64,000 bases of DNA from an uncultured delta proteobacterium (GTDB taxonomy: Bacteria > Myxococcota > B64-G9): assembly GCA_963754925.1 (NCBI GenBank), contig CAVWHX010000004.1, forward strand, positions 224,001 to 288,000, in the 5' to 3' direction. A program made the position numbers and the translations under genes. A model generated the notes under the pieces. The model was not told where the DNA came from. It did not search any database and saw only the letters and a list, made by a program, of their open reading frames with translations. Positions 10,138 through 19,655 of the stretch are shown here, one piece after another. Within the stretch, counting starts at the first letter, position 1; each line of letters starts with the position of its first letter.

Positions 10138-10908
10138 ATGGAAGCAAAATACTTGTTACTTACGATTGAAGCAAAGGTGGCGACGGTCACTATTAATCGT
10201 CCCGAAAAGGGAAATTCCCTGGCGCCCGAGGTCCTTGAAGAAATCGCGGCGATGTTTATAAGTGTTTCTAAGCGTGAAGATGTCAATATCGTCATCTTCA
10301 CCGGAGGCGAGAAATATTTTTCCGCGGGTTTTGATCTCACCATCATCCGTACGCTTCAGAAAGTTTCCAACGAGGCCTATACCGCCCTTTTCCACCGAGC
10401 CTATCGATCGATTATGTTCTGCGAACAACCGGTCATCTGCGCCATCGGCGGGCCGGCCATCGCCGGCGGTTTCGACCTGACCATGATGTGCGACATCCGG
10501 TACGCCTCGGAACGGGCGAAATTTGGGCAGCGGGAAATTGTGCTTTCCTTAAACCCGACCATGGATCCGTTATGGCGAATCATCGGCCTTGGCAACGCCA
10601 TGGAGGTGGCCCTGACCGGGCGGATCTACGATGCGCAGGAGGCGCTGCGCATGGGCTATGTCTCGAGAGTCTTCCCCGAGGGGAAGCTGCTTGAAGAAGT
10701 CACCGCCATCGCCCGCGAAATGGCCACCTATGACCGGGGCTGCCTGAAGGAAACCAAGCAGCTGACCCACAACACGTTGAACTCAGGTCTGGATCAATCC
10801 ATGCGGCTTCAGGAATGGCTCTTCAGATCGTACATCGGCTCTGACGACAATCATGAGCGGATCGATGGGCTCCAAGCGAAACTAGCGGTCATGCGGAAGA
10901 ACAAGTAA
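10138..10908 (+). CDS. Enoyl-CoA hydratase/isomerase
   Basis: TINRPEKGN, FSAGFDL, AIAGGFDL..CDIRYA, FGQRE crotonase motifs. Confidence 0.9.
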   Translation: MEAKYLLLTIEAKVATVTINRPEKGNSLAPEVLEEIAAMFISVSKREDVNIVIFTGGEKYFSAGFDLTIIRTLQKVSNEAYTALFHRAYRSIMFCEQPVICAIGGPAIAGGFDLTMMCDIRYASERAKFGQREIVLSLNPTMDPLWRIIGLGNAMEVALTGRIYDAQEALRMGYVSRVFPEGKLLEEVTAIAREMATYDRGCLKETKQLTHNTLNSGLDQSMRLQEWLFRSYIGSDDNHERIDGLQAKLAVMRKNK

Positions 10909-10953
10909 CCACTAACGATTATATTCTAGGTTGACCTCGTACCGTAGATTACG

Positions 10954-12168
10954 CTATCCAACCGATGAGTAACTCTGGAGTTCATCCCGTCCTAAACGGG
11001 TCAGCGCCTCGGAGACTCCCATCACCCTTCCAAAACCATACGAGATATTACGCAGGCTCGCCAAGTGCATTTGATCGTCGGCAGTGGCTGTTCCGTCGCC
11101 CAGGAAGAAGACTCCGAAATCGCGTACAAAGGCGCTGCGGGCCGTGGTCTCGCAACACAAATTCGTCAACACGCCGCCGATCAGCAAATCCTCGATCTCA
11201 AGCGCGCGCAGGATCGATTCGAGCGGAGTGCCCACAAAGGCGTCGTAGCGGCACTTCTCAATTACTCGCTCTCCCGGCCGGGGGCGTAATGCGTCGCAGA
11301 GCTCAGCGTCCCGCGTTCCCTCTAAAATGAGGCTCCGCCACCAACGGGCGAGCTGTCCGCCATCCTCATGGGGAGATCGGTGCACGTGGCGGGTGAAAAT
11401 CACCGGTACCTCCTCTTCGCGACAGACCGCTATCAATTCAGCCAAACGCGCAGCGACCGCTGGCGCACGCGGCAGGAAACTGGCGCCGTCCGGCTCGACA
11501 AACACCCGCTGCATATCGATCACAAGGAGAGCGGCGCGCTCGGGCCGGAAGGTGCGCTCGGGTCGATCGTAATCAGCGATCGCCGCCATCCAGTCGAGAT
11601 CCCCGCTGCCGGAAGACACCGCTACCACCGGACGAAGTTCGTTGCTTTGCTTGCGGCCGGCTGGAATACGCTCACGCGACGTACTCGTCGGCGGTGAATT
11701 CTCGGCCGCCACCCCTTCTCGCTGTAGCCATTCAGAAATGTATGCAAAGATTTCGGCATCTTTAAAGGTAAACCATTGCGATCGCACATCCGGATAATCA
11801 AGAAGTAGGTCCTTGAAGCGCCTGAAGGCTCCCTTACCCACCAATGCTCCGGCAAGGCGCTCACGGAGTGCCGGATCAGAAACACGGTCTAGAAACCGTT
11901 GCATGGTCCGATACCCTTCGCGAGAAGGCCGCGGGGGGATTAATATTGTGGTCTCCGGCGGACCCGGTGGAATGGGTGCATCACCCCCGCGGGTGACGAC
12001 CGTCTGCACTCGACCGCTCTCCAGATCGAGAAAACTGTGTGAGTCGGCCAGTTGGTTTTCAAACGCCACCGCGAGTCCCTCCCAGTCGACCGATAGGCGC
12101 ACCCTGACTTCCCTAGGCGTTGGTACTTCTGGAACAACAACCGTGGAACCATTCCCAAAATCGTTCAT
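10954..12168 (-). CDS. UPF0158-domain / isochorismatase-family cysteine hydrolase fusion
   Basis: N-domain: FLDLESG, EGYRTMQRF, GKGAFRRFKD, QWF (UPF0158); C-domain: LLVIDMQ, IEKCRYDAF, TNLCCETTAR (D-K-C triad); GGAGG RBS before ATG 12168. Confidence 0.8.
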   Translation of the reverse strand: MNDFGNGSTVVVPEVPTPREVRVRLSVDWEGLAVAFENQLADSHSFLDLESGRVQTVVTRGGDAPIPPGPPETTILIPPRPSREGYRTMQRFLDRVSDPALRERLAGALVGKGAFRRFKDLLLDYPDVRSQWFTFKDAEIFAYISEWLQREGVAAENSPPTSTSRERIPAGRKQSNELRPVVAVSSGSGDLDWMAAIADYDRPERTFRPERAALLVIDMQRVFVEPDGASFLPRAPAVAARLAELIAVCREEEVPVIFTRHVHRSPHEDGGQLARWWRSLILEGTRDAELCDALRPRPGERVIEKCRYDAFVGTPLESILRALEIEDLLIGGVLTNLCCETTARSAFVRDFGVFFLGDGTATADDQMHLASLRNISYGFGRVMGVSEALTRLGRDELQSYSSVG

Positions 12169-12566
12169 GACTATAACCTCCCATCGTTCATCGGGCACAA
12201 GGCCCGTAACCCCCTCCGGGGGATCAATAAAAAAACCCCTTTGAACACCTAATTATTCCTATCTCCCTCTACATAACCTCATTTTTATTCACGGGTTCAA
12301 CTGAAAAGAACGCACATGGTGAATATTTTTCCCTCATGAAACCGCCATTCATCGATGTCTTTCTTCGATAAAAGGACAATGTCTTTAACAAACACGACCC
12401 TATTTCGGCTGGACCCCCAGGTGCCCGTGATCTGAAAATCCCACCCGGGATTTCCGGCTGTGTCACCGCTAATTATATCCCACCGGATGAAAAATGCCAT
12501 TGCATTTTTTTTGATTTATCTTCCCTCGGCCCGTATATACCTTTTTGCTGCTCGTCGGATAGAGCG

Positions 12567-12594
12567 TTGACTGACAGTACGTTTTATGTAACAT
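12567..12594 (+). promoter_or_regulatory. Candidate sigma70 promoter of EF-G paralogue
   Basis: TTGACT-16 bp-TAACAT. Confidence 0.4.
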
Positions 12595-12638
12595 CAGTTT
12601 TCCTGCTTTGGGCAGGGCATGGCTGAAGGAGTGTTTAC

Positions 12639-14706
12639 GTGGCTACGAAATCATCCGGCGCGCAACTGAAAATCCGCAACATCGGTATCATAGCCCACAT
12701 TGATGCCGGCAAGACCACCGTCAGCGAACGCTTCTTGTATTATACCGGGGTCATTCACCGCATGGGAGAGGTTCACGACGGCCAGGCCACCATGGACTGG
12801 ATGCCCCAGGAACAGGAACGGGGAATTACCATAACGGCTGCGGTCACCACGATGCCCTGGCGCAAACACGACATTCATTTGATCGACACCCCCGGCCACG
12901 TGGATTTTACCATCGAGGTTGAACGCTCATTAAGGGTGCTCGATAGCGCGGTGGTGGTGTTTTGCGCCGTGGGCGGGGTTGAACCGCAGTCAGAGACGGT
13001 TTGGCACCAGGCCAACCGCTACGCCATTCCGCGTTTAGCCTTTATCAACAAAATGGACCGCGTTGGCGCTGACTTCGAGGGCTGCCTTAACCAGATGCGC
13101 GCCCGTCTGGGAGCCAACCCACTTGCAATCCAGTTGCCGCTGGGCGCCGAAGAACGATTCGTCGGGGTAATCGATTTGATTGAGATGAAGGCGCTACGTT
13201 GGCACTCCGAGGACTTGGGCGCCACGTTTACCAGCGAGCCGATCCCCGGCGAGTTCATCGACGAGGCCACGTTGTGGCATGAACAGTTGATTGAAAAGTT
13301 GGCGGATGGCGATGATCACCTGGCCGAGTTGTACCTTGCGGGTCAGCCGATTCCCACCGAGATCATGAGAACCTCCCTCCGTAAACTATGCCTCGCCAAC
13401 CGCGCGGTGCCGGTCTTATGCGGCTCGGCTTTACGCAACAAGGGCATTCAACCGTTGCTCGATGCCGTCGTCGATTTCCTGCCGGCGCCGGTGGAGCTTC
13501 CGCCGATGCGCGGCGTCAATCCTAAAACCGGCGAGTCGGTCGAGTTCGCGCGGACCCGCGAGGCACCCTTCACCGGCTTGGCTTTTAAAGTGCAACTCTG
13601 GGAAGGCCGTAAACATACCTACCTGAGGATCTACTCGGGCAGCCTATCAGACGGTGAAACGATCTTCAACGCCGACAAAGATGAAGACGAGAAGATTGCA
13701 CGTCTGTTGCGTCTGCACGCGGATAAAAAAGAACGACTACAGCGCGCCTTTGCCGGTGATATTGTCGGCGTGGTGGGACTCAAGCTGGCCACGACCGGCG
13801 ACACGCTCTGCACCCGGGAGCACCCGGTTATTTTTAGTAAGATGAACATCATGACGCCGGTTATTTCCGTCGCGGTGGAGCCCAAGACCAACCAAGACGA
13901 GGAAAAATTCCAGGAAACGCTCTCCAAGATGGCCGACGAGGATCCTACCTTCAAGGCCGCACGGGATTCAGACACCGGCCAGATGATTCTCAGCGGCATG
14001 GGCGAGTTGCATTTGGAAATTATTATCGACCGGATTAAAAGGGAGTTCAATCTCGAGGTCAATGTCGGCAAGCCGCAAGTCGTCATGCGTGAGACGCTCG
14101 CCGGCGCTGGTGAAGCGAGCGAGTCGTTCGAGCGCTCGTTTGACGATGGATCATCAAAGGGCAAACTTCTTTTTGCTGGCGTCACCCTCCATGGCCGGCC
14201 GCTACCCCGGGGTCAGGGCATAGAGCTCGAAAATCTGGTAACGCTCACGCCCGCGGGCGCGCCGTTACCCGAAGAATGGAGCCGGGCGTTGGAAGAGGGG
14301 GTGCGCGAGGCGCTCGGCTCGGGCCCCAAGACCGGGTATCCGATGGAGGACCTGCATATCACGTTCAAGGCTATTCAACGTGCGCGAAGGTCAAACCGAG
14401 CCGATCGCGCTTCACGTCGCCGCGGGAGCCGCTTTCCGCAAGCTGTGCGGAAAGGCAGGGACGGTGCCGTTGCTGCCGGTCATGGCGCTCGAGGTGGTCA
14501 GCCCGGACGAATTCGTAGGCTCTGTCATCGGCGATATTAATTCACGCGGGGGCAAGATCGAGGACGTTGAGCGTCGCGCCAGTCGAACCATTGTCAAAGC
14601 GCGGGCGCCGATGACCCGCATGTTCGGCTACTCAACCGACCTGCGCTCCCTGACCGAGGGACGGGCGACCTTCAGCATGAGTTTTCTCGAGTTCGATGCG
14701 CTATGA
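12639..14706 (+). CDS. fusA: Elongation factor G paralogue (frameshift near 14379)
   Basis: [38 protein letters not shown]-terminal domain V ([18 protein letters not shown]) in ORF 14380..14706; not next to rpsL/rpsG/tuf. Confidence 0.9.
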
Positions 14707-14708
14707 AT

Positions 14709-15200
14709 CTACCAGCCGACGAGCGATAATCCCACACCGCCGGCGAGCGCATTTTGCGAGTCCCTCAACAAGAGGGGAGAAACATCCACCCAAGGTCCAC
14801 GATGCTCTCCATATTCGCTTGGTAGACTGCTGGACCAAATGGCCGAAGCGATCGTTATGACTCCAACCCCAATCATGGTTCCGGCAAGTGCGTAACAGGC
14901 ACCCTTTCCCCGGGGTTTATCGGACATCACGCTGATTGCAGGAAAAGCCCAGAGCCCGATCAAGCCACCTATCGTGTTCAGTGAGCCAGTTATATAGCCG
15001 CCAATACGCCAGGCAGCTGGAGCCCGGTAACCTTTACCGACATAAACAAAATTCCCAACAGCAAAGGTCGTGGAAACAGCAGTCGGACCCATCGACATGG
15101 CCCAAATGAAAGGCGAGACATCGGATGCCGATCCGTACGTCCGTCCGGGTACGAGAGCAATAAACCAGATTGCGCTGACAATTAGAAATAGCTTCCTCAT
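14709..15200 (-). CDS. Hypothetical membrane/exported protein
   Basis: GGAGA RBS, signal peptide, three Gly-rich hydrophobic segments; AT-rich upstream region. Confidence 0.55.
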   Translation of the reverse strand: MRKLFLIVSAIWFIALVPGRTYGSASDVSPFIWAMSMGPTAVSTTFAVGNFVYVGKGYRAPAAWRIGGYITGSLNTIGGLIGLWAFPAISVMSDKPRGKGACYALAGTMIGVGVITIASAIWSSSLPSEYGEHRGPWVDVSPLLLRDSQNALAGGVGLSLVGW

Positions 15201-15464
15201 AATTTCTCCAATGAATCTTATTTATTTTCAGTTAATCATTTCTCTTACCGTATGGATAGAGCAATCCACATGCCAACAATTTACAAATTATTAATCAAAT
15301 AGTTATATAGACTCAACGTAGCATTAAACGTGTGAATATAAGCTACGCTCAGTAGTGATTTCTTCACATATCTTCATCGGTTATCAGATGAACAATCATC
15401 AAGATGCCGTACCGACATTTAATGTTGACAGCATCAGACGGTTTTGTTAGAGAGGCTTGCGCTG

Positions 15465-15492
15465 TTGCGCCAACCAATGGGTTAGGTATAAT
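15465..15492 (+). promoter_or_regulatory. Candidate promoter of tRNA pair
   Basis: TTGCGC-16 bp-TATAAT; another TTGACA at 15425. Confidence 0.45.
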
Positions 15493-15580
15493 ACGTTTAG
15501 TTCTTTGGTAGTTACCAGAATGAGTGAAAAAGAAGGTGTGGCAGGGCCTCTGAAATACATGACTACGTCGTCATGTAGAT

Positions 15581-15701
15581 ACAGAGCAACAGAACGAAGC
15601 AGACCGAGAAGCAACGAAGACGAGGAGCGAGGCGTGCTTCAGGTACGCCGCAGTGACGAGTCGAGGAAGCGACAAAGGTATGCGAAGTTATGTTGCTCTG
15701 T
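15581..15701. repeat. 121-bp palindromic MITE-like element with 11-bp terminal inverted repeats
   Basis: ACAGAGCAACA ... TGTTGCTCTGT; internal purine-rich hairpin GGCGTGC/GTACGCC flanked by GA/GA steps. Confidence 0.6.
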
Positions 15702-15709
15702 GAGGTCAC

Positions 15710-15781
15710 GGGCGGGTAGCTCAGTGGGAGAGCATCGGCCTTACAAGCCGGGGGTCGCAGGTTCAAGCCCTGTCCCGCCTA
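15710..15781 (+). tRNA. tRNA-Val(TAC), CCA not encoded
   Basis: Cloverleaf GGGCGGG/CCCGCCT, D stem GCTC/GAGC, anticodon loop CT-TAC-AA, T loop TTCAAGC. Confidence 0.95.
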
Positions 15782-15786
15782 TGGTA

Positions 15787-15822
15787 TTAGAGGCTCTTAC
15801 GAACGCAGTGAGTTAGAGCCTC
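15787..15822 (+). repeat. Palindromic module A copy 1
   Basis: TTAGAGGCTC-TTACGAACGCAGTGAGTTA-GAGCCTC; loop core shared with the copy at 57166. Confidence 0.7.
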
Positions 15823-15887
15823 CAAGAAATTCTTGCTTCACAAGGTGAAGCTTAGAATTTCTTGCCCCGATAGGGGAATGGTTACGC

Positions 15888-15965
15888 GGGGCCGTAGTTA
15901 AAGTTGGTTATAACGCCGGCCTGTCACGTCGGAGGGCACGGGTTCGAATCCCGTCGGCCCCGCCA
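15888..15965 (+). tRNA. tRNA-Asp(GTC) with encoded CCA
   Basis: GGGGCCG/CGGCCCC acceptor stem, anticodon loop CT-GTC-AC, TTCGAAT T loop, GCCA end. Confidence 0.95.
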
Positions 15966-15971
15966 TTTTGG

Positions 15972-16006
15972 ACTGCCGGGCTGAAGTATTCGCCCGGCGG
16001 TTTGTT
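15972..16006 (+). terminator. Probable intrinsic terminator after tRNA-Asp
   Basis: ACTGCCGGGC/GCCCGGCGGT stem followed by TTGTT. Confidence 0.55.
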
Positions 16007-16021
16007 GTTCCAAGGAGCGGC

Positions 16022-16747
16022 ATGCGCTTATTCGTGATCGTTGCGTGTTTAGCAATCGCGGTGATCGTGACGCTGGCTCTTTTGGTCTGGCAAGGACCTT
16101 CCCGGAAGTTAGAAAGCGCCGCTCCCGCAACGTCTGCACCTGAGGAAAATCCAGAGGCTCGCCCAATCAGGAGGCCCTCAACCAACGTTAATCCCGAATC
16201 AACCGGCGATGCGCAGGATCAGGCTGGCGAAAATCCCAACGAAAAAAACATCGAGAAGTTCGGTCAAGAGTTTGAACAAAAATGGTACAAAGACCGCGAA
16301 CTGCTGGGGCCTGAGCGTCACCGCGAGATGGAACAACTATGGCTTGAGGGCCGACGACCTCGCGGAGATCCCCAGGCAATCGAACGGCTCGAAAAATTGT
16401 TGGTCGATTATCCGGATACCAACCGGGCCGGCTGCGCAGCCTATGAGCTCGGCTACCACTATCTTCGGAACCGTCAATTAGACGAACAGGAAGGCCGCAG
16501 CCGGGCCGAGTACTATTGGCGCATGATCGATGATCGCTACCGCGACACGCTCTGTGAATACAACGAACCGGCCGATGCCATGGCTAAGTACTCATTGGTA
16601 AGCTGGATCTATCGCTATACCGATCAAGCGCTCGCCCGGCGCTCGTTAAACGAGTTGATAACCCAAAACCAGGGTGAGACCGACCACCTTGGCCAACCCA
16701 TCGACCTGTTGGCCAAACACATGCTCGAGATCATGGATGAAAAATAG
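16022..16747 (+). CDS. Membrane-anchored helical (TPR-like) hypothetical protein
   Basis: AAGGAG RBS before ATG 16022; N-terminal TM, low-complexity linker, 'LLVDYPDT..AAYELG' TPR-like motif. Confidence 0.6.
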   Translation: MRLFVIVACLAIAVIVTLALLVWQGPSRKLESAAPATSAPEENPEARPIRRPSTNVNPESTGDAQDQAGENPNEKNIEKFGQEFEQKWYKDRELLGPERHREMEQLWLEGRRPRGDPQAIERLEKLLVDYPDTNRAGCAAYELGYHYLRNRQLDEQEGRSRAEYYWRMIDDRYRDTLCEYNEPADAMAKYSLVSWIYRYTDQALARRSLNELITQNQGETDHLGQPIDLLAKHMLEIMDEK

Positions 16748-16761
16748 GACTTACAACGCCC

Positions 16762-17439
16762 TTGTCCGGAGAGGTCGCGCCCGTGTCTTACGATAAACTG
16801 AGATTAGGCGTTTTCGTATCGGGAGGCGGCACCAACCTGCAAGCGATCCTCGATGCCTGCGCAGAACCCGGTTACCCGGCAACGGTGGTTGTGGTTATCA
16901 GCAATGTCGCCGACGCTTACGCGCTGACACGCGCGCAGCGTGCCGCTGTCCCGAGCGTGGTGGTGCCGCACGGCGCCTACCGCCTGCGCCGCGATCACGA
17001 ATCAGAGATCATCCGCCAGATTGAACCCTATCGGGTCGAGCTTGTGGTGTTGGCCGGCTATATGCGGGTGCTGACGCCTCTTCTGATAAGCCGCTTCTAC
17101 AATCACGCGGCCGGCTTGCCGGGGGTGATCAACATTCATCCGGCGGACACGCGCCTCTATCAAGGAGCCCATGGCTACGAATTCGCTCTGGGCTTGCTGC
17201 CCGAGTATCCGCAGCGGTCGTCAAAAACAGCTATCACGGTTCACTTTGTCGACGAGGGGGTGGACACGGGGCCTATCATTCGCCAAGCGTCGCTTTACGT
17301 GAGGCCCGACGACACCCTGGAGAGTTTGCGGGCCCGGGGGCTCGCCGTGGAACATCAACTGTATCCCGAGGCGATCCGGCTCTATGCCGAAGGGCGGATC
17401 GAATGCATCGGAAGGGAGGTCAGGATCCGTGACGGTTAA
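16762..17439 (+). CDS. purN: Phosphoribosylglycinamide formyltransferase
   Basis: SGGGTNLQA, LAGYMRVL, INIHP, TVHFVDEGVDTGPII; start may be GTG 16783. Confidence 0.92.
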   Translation: MSGEVAPVSYDKLRLGVFVSGGGTNLQAILDACAEPGYPATVVVVISNVADAYALTRAQRAAVPSVVVPHGAYRLRRDHESEIIRQIEPYRVELVVLAGYMRVLTPLLISRFYNHAAGLPGVINIHPADTRLYQGAHGYEFALGLLPEYPQRSSKTAITVHFVDEGVDTGPIIRQASLYVRPDDTLESLRARGLAVEHQLYPEAIRLYAEGRIECIGREVRIRDG

Positions 17440-18128
17440 TATTGTCAGCGAAATCGATACGTGGGGTGCGGGTTGAAAACGCCCTCATCAGCGTAACCGA
17501 CAAGCGGCAGCTCGATATTTTAGCGAAGGGTTGGGTATCGCTCGAACGCTACCATACGGATTTTCTCAACGGGGGCGGAACCTACGCCGACCTCAAGGAA
17601 ATTCTCGGCGCCGAGGCGGCGCGGCGCCACCTGGTGCAGGTGTCGGACTACACCGGCCAGCCCGAGACCCAGGGAGGGCTCGTCAAAACATTGGACTTTA
17701 AGATCTATCTCGGACTTTTGACCGAGACCTACAATCCATCGCACCAGCAGGACCTCAAGCGCACCAACGCTGTGCCGATCGACCTCGTGGCGTCAACCTC
17801 TACCCGATTTGAGCAAACGATTGCCAAGCCCGGGGTAACCGTCGAAGAGGCGCGCGCCAATATCGACATCGGCGGACCATGTACTGTTGCGCGCCGCGGC
17901 CAAAAATTACTTGCGGGTGGCAGCGGTGGTGGATCCGAACGACTACGCTGTGTCATCAGAAAAATGCGCATCAACGGCGGGCGGCTCGACGTCGCAACAC
18001 GCTTCGAATTGGCGCGCAAGGCGTTTGCCCATACAGGAAACTACGATCGGGCCATCACCCGTTACTTGTCCGACGTGACGACGGAATCGGTTGAACGCTG
18101 CTACCAGCTGAAGGAGAGCTCGGCATGA
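17429..18128 (+). CDS. Stand-alone PurH N-terminal (IMP cyclohydrolase/MGS-like) domain; several compensating indels
   Basis: ALISVTDK, GGTY, VSDYTG.PE..GGLVKTL, NIDIGGP, RAAAKNY (alternate frame), AFAHTGNYD; GGAGGT RBS before GTG 17429. Confidence 0.8.
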
Positions 18129-19374
18129 CCACGGACCTCAAGAAGGCGTATCACACCATCATCGATGATCATTCCCGACGATCTCGAAATAGCCTTTGGA
18201 CGCGGCGACACGCGTCAGACGCTTCGCTATCGAAAAGTTACCTGGGACGTCGATGGTGAGCTCCGTGGATTGCGCTACGGCGAGAATCCGGGCCAAGAAG
18301 CTGCGCTGTACCAATTGACCAACGGCAACCTCACGATTGGCGATGTCCGCTGCATCGGACCCAACCAGGGATTGGTGACCGAGGCGGTGCTGCATCAGTT
18401 TGGCAAACACCCCGGCAAGATCAACCTGACCGACGCCGACAACGCCCTCAACATTCTACGCTACCTTTGCGAAAAGCCGGCCTGCGCAATCATGAAGCAC
18501 AATAACCCTTCGGGCGTCGCGCTGGGCGCAAGCTTGGCCGAGGCCTACGTCAAGGCCGACCTCGCGGATCGGGTGGCCGCGTTCGGCGGCTGCATTGCGC
18601 TCAACCGCCCGGTGGATCGACTCACGGCCGAGGAGATCGCCCGGCGGTACGCGGAAGTGGTGGTGGCGCCGGGTTTCGAGGAGGGCGCCGTTTCCATACT
18701 CGCTCAACGCAAAAATCTGCGCATCATGGAGATTCGCCGCATGAATCGGCTCCAGCAGTACGAGCGGGCTCGTTTCCATCGATTTCAAGAGCTTGCTTGA
18801 CGGCGGCATTATCGCCCAACTGTCGTTCGTGCCCGAGGCGCGCATACCCGCCGACCTCCGTCCAGCCGAATGCGAGCACAAAGGCAAGCATTATCAAGTA
18901 GCTCGGGCGCCGACCGAGGCCGAACGCGCCGATATGATTTTCGGTTGGGTGGTCGAGGCCGGAGTGAGCTCAAATTCAGTCCTTTATGTCAAAGACGGGG
19001 TAACGGTCGGCATCGGGACCGGCGAACAGGACCGCGTCGGGGTGGCCGAGATTGCTCGCGACAAGGCCTACCGCAAGCTGGCCGACAGACTGTGTTTCGA
19101 GCGCCTGGGCAAGGCCTACAACGACGTCGCGGACGAGAACAAACGCAGAGAAATCGACGACGACGTACGTTCGCAGAAGGGCGGCTTGGTAGGTTCGGTG
19201 ATGGTATCAGACGGGTTCTTCCCCTTTCGCGACGGTATCGAGGTTGGGCTTCGCGAAGGGGTGCGCGCCGTTATCCAACCCGGTGGCTCGCTCAACGACT
19301 ACCAGGTGATCGAGGCTTGTAATGAGGCTTCCGCCACCATGGTATTTACCGGTCAGCGATCGTTCAAACACTAA
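18125..19374 (+). CDS. purH: Stand-alone PurH C-terminal (AICAR transformylase) domain; indels near 18172 and 18778
   Basis: LRYGENPGQ, MKHNNPSG, AFGG, SNS, GIGTGEQDRV, SDGFFPFRDG, QPGGS, RSFKH; own RBS and ATGA overlap. Confidence 0.85.
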
Positions 19375-19655
19375 TATGGCGATAGGCACTGTCGTTTTTT
19401 TCCCTATTTTTTTCTTGACAACCAAGGGCTATTCACGATAAACGGCGCTCATCATCCAAGGCTGATTGATGCCTGAGTTTCACCCCTCGATAATTCGACT
19501 AATATGGTTATGATTCTTCACCTAACCTAACGATTTGATAACACTGATACCAACGATGACATTTTCAGAGAAAGAGTTATTACCCAGCTAACCCCCCTAA
19601 CTCTGCAAACCGCAACGCGGTCATGCACATCGAACCCATCTCCCGAGGAGGAAGA

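Noticed and set aside
12400..12500. Cyclic-dinucleotide riboswitch on the minus strand
   Set aside because: Scattered resemblances (CAGCCGG, GGGCAC, GCCGAAATA) do not assemble into the class I or class II architecture
15457..15816. 119-aa ORF
   Set aside because: Overlaps the palindromic element and tRNA-Val
15888..16747. tRNA-anchored integrative element
   Set aside because: No integrase and no duplicated tRNA 3' end seen; housekeeping purN follows
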